64,000 nucleotides of DNA from an uncultured Gammaproteobacteria bacterium (GCA_964540695.1 CAZINS010000001.1:156826-220825); one strand, 5' to 3'; numbered from the stretch's first letter, positions 49,536-60,219 are shown. Notes: generated by a model from the sequence alone, not told the origin. Program-made: numbers and translations.

Positions 49536-50741
49536 CTAAAAACTACTAGCCAGCTGATACATTGGTAGTATTATAGCTGCCACCATCAGCCCAACCCCCA
49601 CACCCATCAGTACCATAATCAAAGGTTCAATCAAACTCACCATATTGGCCACCAAATTTTCAATTTCTCTGGCATAAAAATCTGTTATTTTTGCTAAAAT
49701 CTGTTCCAGTCTACCAGTTTGTTCCCCGACTGACATCATTTGTGATACCATGGGTGGTACTTCTTTACTTTTTAAAAACAAAGTAGCGACACTATTACCA
49801 TCTTCTACCTCTTTGATGGTTTGTTTGATTAACGAGCTATAGAGGTCATTACCCACCACATCTGCGACCACTTCCAAAGCCGCAGTTAGTGGCACCCCGC
49901 CCACTATCAAGGTGGATAAGGACCTAGTCAGCCGGACCAAATATATCCTTTGCCACAATTTACCAAAAATCGGAACTTTCAATTTCATGCGGTCATACAA
50001 AACCTTACCAGGACCACTTCTTGTCAATTTAAACAGGGTAAAAAACCCGCCACCAACCAAACCTATCAGTATATACCAATAATTTTTCATAAAATCAGAT
50101 ACTAAAATCAAAATCCTGGTAGCTAATGGCAACTCTGCCCCTGATTCGGAAATAATACCAGTCAATTTTGGTACCACAAACACCATCATCACAATACCCA
50201 CTACGGTTAAACCACTTAAAATAAATATAGGATAAATCATGGCACCCTTTATTTTGGAAGTAAGGTCATAATCTTTTTCTTGTTGATCAGCTAAATAATT
50301 TAACACTTCATCCAATTTACCACTGGTTTCACCTGACCTAATCATAGCCACATAAAAATCAGAAAATACTTTACGGTATCTACCCAAAGCTTGAGAAAGT
50401 TTAGCACCACCATCTACTTCATCGGCCACTTCGGAAATTATCACTTTGAGCCTGGGATTATGAGTTTGGTTAACCAAAATTTTAAGAGCCTGCACAATCG
50501 GTACAGAAGCGGAAGCCATCACCGCTAGTTGCCGAGAAAAAACTACGACATCTTTATTTTTTATCCGATTTAAAAATGGTAAATCAATATTTAGTGAACT
50601 TTTTTCTTTTTCTATTAATGACAAAATAATCAAGCCCCGATCAACCAAAATTGATGAAGCTACATTTTCTGAAGGCGCATCAACCGACCCTTGCACTATT
50701 TCACCTCGAGAATTTCTGGCACGGTATTGAAAAAAAGACAT
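49536..50741 (-). CDS. pilC: Type IV pilus platform protein PilC (GspF family)
   Basis: FSRQLA, GETSGKLD, AMIYP, GEQTGRL, IEPLIM, ILPMY. Confidence 0.95.
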   Translation of the reverse strand: MSFFQYRARNSRGEIVQGSVDAPSENVASSILVDRGLIILSLIEKEKSSLNIDLPFLNRIKNKDVVVFSRQLAVMASASVPIVQALKILVNQTHNPRLKVIISEVADEVDGGAKLSQALGRYRKVFSDFYVAMIRSGETSGKLDEVLNYLADQQEKDYDLTSKIKGAMIYPIFILSGLTVVGIVMMVFVVPKLTGIISESGAELPLATRILILVSDFMKNYWYILIGLVGGGFFTLFKLTRSGPGKVLYDRMKLKVPIFGKLWQRIYLVRLTRSLSTLIVGGVPLTAALEVVADVVGNDLYSSLIKQTIKEVEDGNSVATLFLKSKEVPPMVSQMMSVGEQTGRLEQILAKITDFYAREIENLVANMVSLIEPLIMVLMGVGVGLMVAAIILPMYQLASSF

Positions 50742-50744
50742 AAC

Positions 50745-51815
50745 TTATGATCTTAATATTCTTTTTAGATTTTCTGGATCATTTACTTCTTGCAGAGCAA
50801 CATTTTGATCAATTTGCCCTGATCTGACCAGCTCAGCAATATATCTATCCATAGAAATCATACCTTGCTCACGTGAAGTCAGTAAAATACTTGATAGCTG
50901 AGATAATTTATTTTCTTTGATAGCTGAGGCAATCACGGGGCTAGAGAAAACTATTTCCATTGCCAGCACCATCCCCCCGCCAATACTCGGTAACAATTTT
51001 TGAATAATTGCCCCCCGAAATACTTTGGACAATAAATACTGTGAGTGTTCACGATTTTCCGCTGGACAATCTTCAATGACAGTATGTAAAAGTTGACCAA
51101 TGCTATTGCCTTCCAGGGGCATAAATACCAGTACCCCACTATTGGCAATCTCCAGTAAGCGGTACATAATCCGCGGACTATTGACCCTGGTTACCATCAG
51201 GACATCAACATCTTCTTCGCGGATCTCCAAAGCTTCCAACCAGGACTCCACATCATTACCAACTTCTTTTTGTTGAATTAAACTTTTATTGCCAATTAAA
51301 ATATGCTCAATCGGCGCTTCCAGTGTCAAAATATTTCTTCTTTGTGTACGATTAATACTTTCAATAAAGCCAACCATAGTGGTAGTTTTACCTGCCCGAT
51401 AAGGACCACCAATCAAAACCAAGCCACTTCTTTCTTCAGTCAATTTTTCTACACTCTTAGGAAAACCAAGTTCAGCCAATGGTCTCACAATAACTGGAAT
51501 ATAATGAAAAACCAAAGAAGGAAATCCTTTTTGATAAAACACGTCCACTCGAAAACGGGCGCGGTCGCCAAAATCATAAGCAAAAATAATTTCTCGCCTG
51601 CTACCCAGTAACTGCTTTTGTTCTTCGGTAAGTAATATATCAACTACTCCTTGAATAAAATCTTTGGTCATAATTTCCTCTTCTGATAACTCTATCAACT
51701 CTTCGTGCAATCTCATCATCGGTCGAGAACCCACCACTAAATGCAAATCTGAACCTTGACGTTCAGCTAAAATAGTAAGGACACGATTTAATGTAATATT
51801 GAGAGTCGTTTGCAT
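50745..51815 (-). CDS. PilT/PilU-like ATPase with degenerate catalytic motifs
   Basis: SDLHL, RFRVDVFYQ, GLVLIGGPYRAGKTTT, TLEAPIEH, GMISMD. Confidence 0.82.
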   Translation of the reverse strand: MQTTLNITLNRVLTILAERQGSDLHLVVGSRPMMRLHEELIELSEEEIMTKDFIQGVVDILLTEEQKQLLGSRREIIFAYDFGDRARFRVDVFYQKGFPSLVFHYIPVIVRPLAELGFPKSVEKLTEERSGLVLIGGPYRAGKTTTMVGFIESINRTQRRNILTLEAPIEHILIGNKSLIQQKEVGNDVESWLEALEIREEDVDVLMVTRVNSPRIMYRLLEIANSGVLVFMPLEGNSIGQLLHTVIEDCPAENREHSQYLLSKVFRGAIIQKLLPSIGGGMVLAMEIVFSSPVIASAIKENKLSQLSSILLTSREQGMISMDRYIAELVRSGQIDQNVALQEVNDPENLKRILRS

Positions 51816-52195
51816 TAGTTTTTTGTTAGATAACTTTTTACCTTTTGTATTAGTTCATCAGGATCAATATTTATTTTTACAAAATAATCTTTAATAATAT
51901 CCGGCAATGGTTGATTCTCTTGAGCAGTTGCTCGGTCGTAATTTGATAACACAACACAAATAGGTTTGGGTAATATACCGACGGCTATCATCTCCAATAA
52001 ATCCCAACCAGACAATTCGGGGATATTTAAATCTACAATCACCACCTGGGGTTTGTATTTTTCCAAATTTCGTAAAGCGGTCATACCATCTCTGGCCGAA
52101 TAAACAATAAAATTGGCGTTACTAAATTTCTTGGCATACAAAGACAACAAATATTGGTCATCTTCTACTATCAAAACTGTAGGTTGATTTGCCAT
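51815..52195 (-). CDS. Single-domain response regulator (CheY-like receiver)
   Basis: VLIVEDD, VIVDLNIPELSG, VLSN, FVK. Confidence 0.88.
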   Translation of the reverse strand: MANQPTVLIVEDDQYLLSLYAKKFSNANFIVYSARDGMTALRNLEKYKPQVVIVDLNIPELSGWDLLEMIAVGILPKPICVVLSNYDRATAQENQPLPDIIKDYFVKINIDPDELIQKVKSYLTKN

Positions 52196-52196
52196 A

Positions 52197-53957
52197 TTAC
52201 TCTTTAGAAACTCTTAAAACTTCTTCCATCGTGGTTTTACCTTGCAGGACTTTGATTACGCCATCTTGTTGCATGTTAGGTAGTCCTTGCTCAATAAACA
52301 CTTTTTCAATTTCTTCCAATTTGCCATTTTCTAAAACTTTTTTTAAATCATCATTCATGGAAAGTATTTCCACAATAGCAATTCTACCTTGGTAACCAGA
52401 ATCACCACACCGTGGACAACCCCGCCCTCGATAAAACTTATAATCCTCACGGTGAATCATATCTTGTAATTCTTTCGGTAAATGAATGGGGTTTACTTCA
52501 ATAATAGTCTTTTTCACCTGATCGATAATTTTTTCTGGAATATCATTGACTTCTTCTTTACAAAATTCACAAATTTTACGAACCAATCTCTGAGCAATCA
52601 CTACGTTCAAAGTAGAACCTAGTAAAAATGGTTCAATATGCATATCAATCAAACGAGGGATAGCACCAATGGCGTCATTGGTATGCAAGGTAGATAATAC
52701 CATATGCCCGGTTAGAGCGGCATGAATTGCTAGTTCTGCCGTTTCATTGTCCCGCACCTCTCCCACCATGATAATATCTGGATCCTGACGCAGGGCTGCC
52801 CGCAAACCATTGGCAAAACCATAACCTACCTCTGTATTTACCTGGGATTGATTAATACCATCCAAATAGTATTCAATTGGGTCTTCCAGAGTAAGAATAT
52901 TCACTCCTTCTTTATTGACTAAATTCAAAACCGCGTACAGGGTAGTTGATTTACCACTACCGGTAGGCCCTGTCACCAAAAACATCCCAGTTGATTTATC
53001 AATATTTTCATATAAAATCTCAAGTCCCCTGCCCCAAAAACCTAGTTCTTCCAAGGTAATCACTTTATTACTGACATCCAAAATTCTCAATACTACTTTT
53101 TCCGCATTGAAAAGTGGCAAAAAAGATATACGTAAATCTATTTTTTGTCCGCCCACTTCTACCCGAATACGCCCGTCTTGCGGAACTCTGGTTTCATCTA
53201 TTTTTAAATTGGAAATAACTTTTAAACGGCTAATTAAAGAATTATGTAAATGTTTTGGCAAACGTAGTGAAGTATGTAAAACACCATCAATACGATATCT
53301 GACTCTGGTACTATCTTCAGCTGGTTCGATATGGATATCGGAAGCATTGCCTTCAACCGCATGTTTTAAAATCGATTCCACCATCTTGGAAACTGGAGCG
53401 GACTTGATAACTTCTTCAAAATCTTTTTCTTCCTCTTCTTCTTTTTTTTCCGCCATCTTCTTTTGGTATCTATCTTCTACTATGTCCAAAGCTTTCTTGA
53501 CTTCAGTTTTCAAAGATTCATAATTTTTAACTGTGTGTTTGAAAGCGGTTTGGGTAATAACAAAATATTCAACGCGATAATTGTTTTTGCGCGCCAAAAA
53601 CTCTACTGCCTCAATCGCCTTAAAATCACCCGGGTCGACTATACCTACTTTTAAATGTTGAGTATTTTTTTCGTACTCAAATGGCACTAATTGATAATTT
53701 TCTGCTAACTCTTTGGGAATCAAATTTAAAATATCATTGGATACTTTTTGGTTATAGAGATCTATATAAGGTAAGTTAAAAAACTCACCTTGAGCTTGAG
53801 CAATTGCTTCCTCACTAATACCCATAGCTTTAGCCACTGACTCAAAATCCTTACCTTGTGATATTTGTGTTTTAAAAGCAGCCAGCTGATCACTTTTAAG
53901 CTGGTTATTTTTAATTAATATTTCTATTATATTTTCGGAAAATCTAGCTGTAGACAT
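52197..53957 (-). CDS. pilB: Type IV pilus assembly ATPase PilB (GspE family)
   Basis: ASDIHIEP, PQDGR, GPTGSGKSTT, LEDPIE, LRQDPDIIMVGEVRD, TGHMVLSTLHTN, two CxxC. Confidence 0.96.
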   Translation of the reverse strand: MSTARFSENIIEILIKNNQLKSDQLAAFKTQISQGKDFESVAKAMGISEEAIAQAQGEFFNLPYIDLYNQKVSNDILNLIPKELAENYQLVPFEYEKNTQHLKVGIVDPGDFKAIEAVEFLARKNNYRVEYFVITQTAFKHTVKNYESLKTEVKKALDIVEDRYQKKMAEKKEEEEEKDFEEVIKSAPVSKMVESILKHAVEGNASDIHIEPAEDSTRVRYRIDGVLHTSLRLPKHLHNSLISRLKVISNLKIDETRVPQDGRIRVEVGGQKIDLRISFLPLFNAEKVVLRILDVSNKVITLEELGFWGRGLEILYENIDKSTGMFLVTGPTGSGKSTTLYAVLNLVNKEGVNILTLEDPIEYYLDGINQSQVNTEVGYGFANGLRAALRQDPDIIMVGEVRDNETAELAIHAALTGHMVLSTLHTNDAIGAIPRLIDMHIEPFLLGSTLNVVIAQRLVRKICEFCKEEVNDIPEKIIDQVKKTIIEVNPIHLPKELQDMIHREDYKFYRGRGCPRCGDSGYQGRIAIVEILSMNDDLKKVLENGKLEEIEKVFIEQGLPNMQQDGVIKVLQGKTTMEEVLRVSKE

Positions 53958-53959
53958 AT

Positions 53960-54277
53960 TTATCTAATGGGTATAAAAGGATTGGCTCTACTTTTTGATT
54001 TAGTATCAGGCACATAGTCACGCATATCTTCCAATTCTTTGAAACGTTGATCTTGTTCTAAGCCTTGATCAAAAATTTGTTTACTAGGAAGTTTCTGAGT
54101 TTCTATTTGACTGGTTGGAATATTGGTAGTAAAAATATCGGTAATTTTAGTATCACTTTCGCCTTGACCAAACAAAACCCATAGAGTTATCGCCGCCACT
54201 ACGGCCAAAATTGAAAGCATTATTATATTTTTCTTTTTTTGTTTACTCATGGTTTTGTAAATAATATGTTCTGGCAT
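53960..54277 (-). CDS. Small membrane protein at the PilP position
   Basis: One TM, C-terminal R.NPF; lies between pilO and pilB. True start may be the internal Met at 54250. Confidence 0.6.
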   Translation of the reverse strand: MPEHIIYKTMSKQKKKNIIMLSILAVVAAITLWVLFGQGESDTKITDIFTTNIPTSQIETQKLPSKQIFDQGLEQDQRFKELEDMRDYVPDTKSKSRANPFIPIR

Positions 54278-54866
54278 TAAAAGAAAAACTGGCTAAAGTC
54301 GGCGAGAAAGAAATGTATTGAATATCAAATAACCTAATATTTTTTTCAATTGCTCCCACCAACTGTTTAAAATAAGGATAACTATCATTGCCAACTTTAC
54401 CCAAAAAATCAGCGGTCACATCAATTATTTTTAAATCTTTAGGTGTAGTCACACCTTCAGTTACAAAAACAGTAGTTAAATCTTTTTCCCCCAATTCACT
54501 AGCTGATACATTTAGTAATACCGTATCATTGGCTTTGGCTAAACCAGATAAATGCGTAAATAGTATTGGTGCTTCATTGGCATGAGGCAATAACTCATTT
54601 ATCTTGGCAAAATGACTATTGGGTAACTTTTTATAATCAGTAATTAAATTGTTTAACTGTTGAACTTTTTCCTGCCGTTTATTTAAAATTTGTTGCTGAT
54701 ACTCTAAGGTTAATTCTGGGGTATTTTTATATTTAGAAATTTTTGGCTGTAAAACAAAAACGTATCCCGCCACCACTAAAGCAATAGCCAACAACGAAGC
54801 TACCCAATAGATATAACGGGATAAAATTTTCAGGAAAATATTATTTTTTGGTTTTTCAATTGGCAT
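54243..54866 (-). CDS. pilO: PilO-like protein
   Basis: TM, coiled coil, LLP, IEKNIRLFDI, TYY; position in the operon. Confidence 0.75.
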   Translation of the reverse strand: MPIEKPKNNIFLKILSRYIYWVASLLAIALVVAGYVFVLQPKISKYKNTPELTLEYQQQILNKRQEKVQQLNNLITDYKKLPNSHFAKINELLPHANEAPILFTHLSGLAKANDTVLLNVSASELGEKDLTTVFVTEGVTTPKDLKIIDVTADFLGKVGNDSYPYFKQLVGAIEKNIRLFDIQYISFSPTLASFSFNARTYYLQNHE

Positions 54867-54868
54867 AT

Positions 54869-56092
54869 TTATTTATCACGATAAAATATAGTAGTATCAA
54901 ATTGTAGATTAACCTGGGAACTAACCGGCAAAGTTTTGTAATAATCAAGCACCACGGCTCGTAAATCATATTCTTGATTATTGGTAGAAGTGGCGGTTGA
55001 GGTTGCTTGATTTACCAAATCTAAATCTGGTTCCAGGATAGATAATGCCGTAGGAGCTGAAGTAGTTTCATCATCTTCATTTAATGAAGCAGTGTTTATA
55101 TCTATGGCTATAATCTCAGGTGCTTGCTTAAAAATTTGATATTGATTGGCTAACGCCTCATAGCTTTTAGCTACCATACTCATACTAACTAAACCGTTTT
55201 TATCAGCTGTTACATTTAAAAAATAGACATCATCAGCTACATTTTGCTCTAAAAAGTTGAATAACTTATCCCAATAAATATGAGAATCAAGCAATAAATT
55301 GATATTGTCGTAAGTTTGCTGATAACCAATTAAAGCCTTTAAATCATCTGATTTGGAAATAAACTCATTTTCCGCTTGCTGAATATCTTGTTGTAATTTT
55401 TTAATCTTTTTAGCTTCTTGAAATTGAGTAAACTGGATAGCCAAATACCCCCCTACCAAAATAACCACACTAATAAGTACTGCATACAGTAAAGTAAATA
55501 AAATCTTTTTTTCATTGACGACCGATACCATATCTTCTGGTATCAAATTGACACCAAATTGGTCACTATCGTCGCCATCATTTTCTGCTAAACGTAAACC
55601 CCGCTGTAATTGTTGATCTATTTTTTCCAACATACTCAAGGGTTTACCCATATCACTATTTTGTTCAAGTGGTAAACTGCTGGCTGGTGGTTTAGTAACT
55701 GAAGCAGTCGATTGATTGGGAGAAACGGGTTTATTTACCACTTGAGGAGTTGGCGGTAAATTATTAGCAATTCTATTGTTTGTTTTATTGTCAGTCTGTC
55801 TAATATCTTGAGCATATAATTTTTGCAATGGCGTCGCTTGGTTTAAATTGCGGTTAACTGGTAAATCTGACTTTGATTTATTTTTACCACCCAAACTACC
55901 TAATAACTTTTGCCACCAGGAAATTTTTTCATAACCGACTGGGGTTGAGAGACCACTCGGTGTAGTGTAACGTGTCTGTTCTTGACCAGTATTAACTGGC
56001 TTAGGTTGTGGTTTTAAGCGCATTTTTTCTGGCAATAAATTTATATCTTTATCTAAATTGCCGTTATTTGGTTGTTGCTTGTCATCAAACAT
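54869..56092 (-). CDS. pilN: PilN-like protein with a long low-complexity N-terminus
   Basis: INLLP and VNLIP (PilM-binding type) motifs, TM, coiled coil, HIYW. Confidence 0.75.
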   Translation of the reverse strand: MFDDKQQPNNGNLDKDINLLPEKMRLKPQPKPVNTGQEQTRYTTPSGLSTPVGYEKISWWQKLLGSLGGKNKSKSDLPVNRNLNQATPLQKLYAQDIRQTDNKTNNRIANNLPPTPQVVNKPVSPNQSTASVTKPPASSLPLEQNSDMGKPLSMLEKIDQQLQRGLRLAENDGDDSDQFGVNLIPEDMVSVVNEKKILFTLLYAVLISVVILVGGYLAIQFTQFQEAKKIKKLQQDIQQAENEFISKSDDLKALIGYQQTYDNINLLLDSHIYWDKLFNFLEQNVADDVYFLNVTADKNGLVSMSMVAKSYEALANQYQIFKQAPEIIAIDINTASLNEDDETTSAPTALSILEPDLDLVNQATSTATSTNNQEYDLRAVVLDYYKTLPVSSQVNLQFDTTIFYRDK

Positions 56093-56097
56093 AAAAA

Positions 56098-57216
56098 TTA
56101 ATCAATATCCCTCATTGCCAGTCCCGTGGCGACAGCCAATCTGGAACCAACTTCATCTAAAACTAATTTCAAATCTTCTGGATAAGCTACGCGAAACCAA
56201 GGATCACCCACAAAAACATTTAGATTTAAAACTTGGGATAAATAATCAGTTAAATTGGGTAAAAAAGCACTACCACCAATAAGAATCGCTTTTTCTACAC
56301 TAATAGCAGTCTGGCTTTGATACAAATTTAAAGAATATTTCACTTCATTGATTACTGGATTTAAAGCTCTTTCAATTACTTTGGGGATACCACTGGCAGC
56401 GTTGGTTTGAGCAATACCTATATCACGCTTAAACTGTTCCGCCCGCCTACGATCAATATTTAAACTGGTAGCAATAGCTTGGGTTAAGGTAGCGCCACCC
56501 ACATCTAAACTACGATTCAAAATTGGCACACCATCTTCCACAATACTGATAGCAGTAGTCAATGAACCAATATCAATAATCATGATGGGTAATTTTGATC
56601 CAAAAAATAAACTTCTCGCCAAGGCAAAAGATTCGGTTTCTAAACTAATCAACTTAAGACCGGCTCTTTTAAAAATTTCTAAATAACGAGCCACTAAATT
56701 TTTGGGCGCAGCCGTTATTAGTACACGGCGATTTTGTTTTGTATCCGGTGCTTTGATTTCTGCAATATTATTTTCTTCATTATCTTTATTCTCGACTGGT
56801 GGGGTCTGCTCACTGTTCACCTCTTCAACATTACGCAACAATTTCCAATCTAAAATCATTTCATCAAGGGGCATAGGAACAAATTTTTTAGCTTCCCACT
56901 TAACTGCCTGAGCTAAATCACTTTTGGGCATAGGTGGCAAAGATAAAATAGAGCTAAATACAGAAAAAGCTGGTAGCGCCGCTACCGCTAAATCAGTTGT
57001 TACTCTTGATTTTTTGGTAATTTCTTGTAGTAATTCAACTACTTTATTGACTGTTTCTGGAGCATTACTGCGAACAATATCACCGCTGCTCTCCACAATA
57101 CCGTAAGTCAACAAGGTAGCATGTCCCTTGGTATTAGCTAGTTCTACCACTTTGATACCAGCTGTACCTAAATCAACCCCAAGATAACTTTTAGTTTTTT
57201 TGTTAAAAAATGGCAT
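56098..57216 (-). CDS. pilM: Type IV pilus assembly protein PilM
   Basis: GVDLG...IKVVEL, IDIG, GG, GGSAFLPNL, ATGLAMR. Confidence 0.94.
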   Translation of the reverse strand: MPFFNKKTKSYLGVDLGTAGIKVVELANTKGHATLLTYGIVESSGDIVRSNAPETVNKVVELLQEITKKSRVTTDLAVAALPAFSVFSSILSLPPMPKSDLAQAVKWEAKKFVPMPLDEMILDWKLLRNVEEVNSEQTPPVENKDNEENNIAEIKAPDTKQNRRVLITAAPKNLVARYLEIFKRAGLKLISLETESFALARSLFFGSKLPIMIIDIGSLTTAISIVEDGVPILNRSLDVGGATLTQAIATSLNIDRRRAEQFKRDIGIAQTNAASGIPKVIERALNPVINEVKYSLNLYQSQTAISVEKAILIGGSAFLPNLTDYLSQVLNLNVFVGDPWFRVAYPEDLKLVLDEVGSRLAVATGLAMRDID

Positions 57217-57271
57217 GAATTAATGTTGGTTGCTTGACTAAATTATACCACATTTTTAATTTTTTATGAAA

Positions 57272-58933
57272 TCAGTTTGGTGCTACTTGTGACCAAACAG
57301 GTAAACCCTTAGCAAAGTCTTGTAAACCTGGCGGAGTATTGATTAAAAGCCTGCCATCATAAATTACCTGTTCAGCAGGATCTTTTAAAACCGAGGCATA
57401 AGTTCTTTGAAAGACAAATTTTTTAGCCATCATAATACCATTGACCTTTAAGGTATTGGTTTCACTAGCACCTGTATAAATCGCCCCACAACCAGGAGTA
57501 TCACAATTTACTCCATCCTTACCTAAAACAATAAAATTTCCAGCAATTTCAGTTACATCAGGAGAGATATAAACATCGCCTCTGACAATATAAGCCACTG
57601 ATGGTAAATCTGTAAATTTTGTTACTGGATCTTGTGAATAAGTAATATTTTTTACAATATAAAGATCGCCATCAACCACAAAAGTGGTATTACCTCTAGT
57701 ATACCTTGTGGTTCCCGGATCACCAGAAGCTGATCCAATAGTTAAATCACCATTATCAATTATATATCTGGTATTGGGCCAAGAAAAATCACCATTGATC
57801 GGCCAATTACCACTAATATAATTCACTTGACCGTATTTATTGGTTCTATTTTCTGAAATACCAGGGATATCTAAATAACCAAGTACGTTGAAAAAATTGG
57901 TACTAGCTTTTGGTAAAGAAATATTATATGGAAAATTTGGCATCACGTATTCTCCTCGACCAAAGGTTGAGTCCTTTTCTTCGCTACTAAAATTTTGAAT
58001 ATTACCTCCCGCCATAATCAAATACGTAGCATTAAACTTACCACTGGGGGCATTTAAATCTGGAGAAATATTTGTTTGAGCATAAACATCGCCGTCAACT
58101 GTTTGAATATAGGGCACGGCAATTTGTACGCCAGTACTTGGACAAAGTCCGCGATTGGTAAAAACCGGATTGGGAGGACCGTTATATTCCTCATTGATAC
58201 ATAACCAGCCATAACCAACATAAGGCATACCACTACCATCATTATTTATAAAACCAGAATCATTCAATCCTCCCCAACCTAAACCTCTTATTTCCAAAGT
58301 GCTGGTTGAAAATCTTAAACCGTATTCTGTACCATCATCCGTTGTAACTCCACGCAAAGAAACCCAACCTATTTGCCCATCACCTAAACCGCTCCAACCA
58401 ACAATCTTGGCCCAACCTGAAATCGGAGCAGGATCTTGATCAGCTGGATAGGTAACATTTAAGTTTGGATTTGCTGGTTCCCAAGTACTACCTCTAAAGT
58501 CAGTAGTATAATCAATCCTTCCATTGCGACAACTTTCTCCAAAACAAATCCACCCTGCTCCTTGACTCCAAATCCAACCAGTAATTTGCCTTGATTGTAA
58601 ATCAACCCGCAGTCCATAAGGAGCATAACCCAAACCTTTATCACTCACACAAGGTTCATCTATATTTACTCGACAAATTAACCCGGCTGAAGCTTGGGAA
58701 TAAAAACAATAACAATCATTAAATGAAGTTAGACCAAAACCCGAGCCAGTATAACTACCCAAAGTTCCTGATAATAAAGGCGACCAACCCCAACCAGAAA
58801 TATTGTCATTCAAGGCACTTTGGGAGCTAGGGACAAAAGTTACTAAAATAAAAAACAAAGCAAATATAAAAGTTGCTAAAATTCCCAGCCAAGCAAACAA
58901 TGGTGATATATTTTTATTTTTATCAATACTCAT
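57272..58933 (-). CDS. Exported Gly/Trp-rich surface protein upstream of pilM
   Basis: N-terminal TM, repeated GWxW/GW motifs, Cys pairs, C-terminal (D)GDL.I repeats. Confidence 0.65.
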   Translation of the reverse strand: MSIDKNKNISPLFAWLGILATFIFALFFILVTFVPSSQSALNDNISGWGWSPLLSGTLGSYTGSGFGLTSFNDCYCFYSQASAGLICRVNIDEPCVSDKGLGYAPYGLRVDLQSRQITGWIWSQGAGWICFGESCRNGRIDYTTDFRGSTWEPANPNLNVTYPADQDPAPISGWAKIVGWSGLGDGQIGWVSLRGVTTDDGTEYGLRFSTSTLEIRGLGWGGLNDSGFINNDGSGMPYVGYGWLCINEEYNGPPNPVFTNRGLCPSTGVQIAVPYIQTVDGDVYAQTNISPDLNAPSGKFNATYLIMAGGNIQNFSSEEKDSTFGRGEYVMPNFPYNISLPKASTNFFNVLGYLDIPGISENRTNKYGQVNYISGNWPINGDFSWPNTRYIIDNGDLTIGSASGDPGTTRYTRGNTTFVVDGDLYIVKNITYSQDPVTKFTDLPSVAYIVRGDVYISPDVTEIAGNFIVLGKDGVNCDTPGCGAIYTGASETNTLKVNGIMMAKKFVFQRTYASVLKDPAEQVIYDGRLLINTPPGLQDFAKGLPVWSQVAPN

Positions 58934-58993
58934 ATGTTTTCAGCTTTAGCACCTGCTTAATTAAAAATAACTTAAACCGATTATTTTTTCAAT

Positions 58994-59611
58994 TTAAAAA
59001 CTGCTACCAACTAATAGTTGATATAACCACTGAATAATTGGCGCAATTAAATTCCAAAGAAAAAAAACAAAAAATAAAACTAATACCATACCATAGCGCT
59101 CGGTATTGATTTTAAATTGCCACCAAAACTTATTATCAGGGAGTAAGGCGAACAAAATTTTTGAACCGTCAAGTGGCGGAATGGGTATTAAATTAAAAAC
59201 TGCTAGTAGTATATTAATATAAACAATCAAGGAAAGAAAAGCAGTAAAAACAGATGGTGCTAAAAATTTGATTATGAGACCAAGAACAATAGCAATAAAT
59301 AAATTAACTGCCGGCCCGGCTGCCGCCACTAAAGCTGGCCCCCAACGACGATTGCGTAGATTGAAAGGATTGTATGGTACGGGTTTTGCCCATCCAATCA
59401 AAAAATTCCCCGGCAATAATAAAAGTAATAAAGGTATAAAAATTGTGCCCATAGGGTCAATATGCGGTATGGGATTCAAAGTCAATCGCCCCGCTAATCT
59501 TGCGGTATCATCACCCTGACGTTCAGCCGCCCAACCATGCATATACTCATGAATAATGGCCGAGGCGATTATGATTAAAAAAAAGAAAATAGAAGTTACG
59601 ATATCTGTCAT
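58994..59611 (-). CDS. Site-2 protease (M50)
   Basis: HEYMH, GRLTLNP..HID, AGP, FNLIPIPPLDG. Confidence 0.93.
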   Translation of the reverse strand: MTDIVTSIFFFLIIIASAIIHEYMHGWAAERQGDDTARLAGRLTLNPIPHIDPMGTIFIPLLLLLLPGNFLIGWAKPVPYNPFNLRNRRWGPALVAAAGPAVNLFIAIVLGLIIKFLAPSVFTAFLSLIVYINILLAVFNLIPIPPLDGSKILFALLPDNKFWWQFKINTERYGMVLVLFFVFFLWNLIAPIIQWLYQLLVGSSF

Positions 59612-59619
59612 GTTTTAAT

Positions 59620-60168
59620 TTAAAATTTAAAATGCTCAGTTATAAGTTCAGCACATTTTTCAGCACTCAATACTGTATTATCAAGTTTTAAATAGTTTTT
59701 ATTAGAAAAATAATCAACGTTGGAAACAAAATCTTTATCTTTTTCCAAAGCTTCCAGCCCTTTGATGGTGGCTACTTTTTTCATTTCCTTTCTGGTGGAA
59801 CTAGTCACTCTGGCCTTTCTTTCCGATTCGCTTGATTGCAACTCTACAAAATAAACCTCAATTTTTTTCTTTTTAGCCAATTTCAACATCCGCTCTACAA
59901 AACCCATATCACGTTCATCATTGAATGCCCAGACAAAAGTCATAACTAGTCCGGAAAAATGTTTTAGGTTGGCAGCCGTAGAGATTATCAATTCTCTAAT
60001 CCCTTCATCCGCCAATCTATACTCCTTAGTACCAAAAAAGAAAAAATCATCTAGTAAATCAAAAATTTCTTGCTTATGTAGGATTCTAAATCCGCATTTT
60101 TTAGCAAGTTCCCGTCCGACTGTAAGTTTGCCTACTGCGGGTGGTCCAAATATTATTACCAATTTCAT
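59620..60168 (-). CDS. P-loop kinase-like protein (shikimate kinase-like family)
   Basis: IFGPPAVGKLTVG.EL, FVEL...ER..R...R lid. Confidence 0.8.
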   Translation of the reverse strand: MKLVIIFGPPAVGKLTVGRELAKKCGFRILHKQEIFDLLDDFFFFGTKEYRLADEGIRELIISTAANLKHFSGLVMTFVWAFNDERDMGFVERMLKLAKKKKIEVYFVELQSSESERKARVTSSTRKEMKKVATIKGLEALEKDKDFVSNVDYFSNKNYLKLDNTVLSAEKCAELITEHFKF

Positions 60169-60219
60169 AAGTAATAAAAATAAGATATTATATATTTATT
60201 ATAACACAAGCAAAAATTT

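Noticed and set aside
52915-53523. 202-aa plus-strand ORF
   Set aside because: Antisense shadow of pilB with no start signals. The same applies to the other short ORFs nested in glyS, ileS, argS, the hydrogenase, pilM and similar genes.
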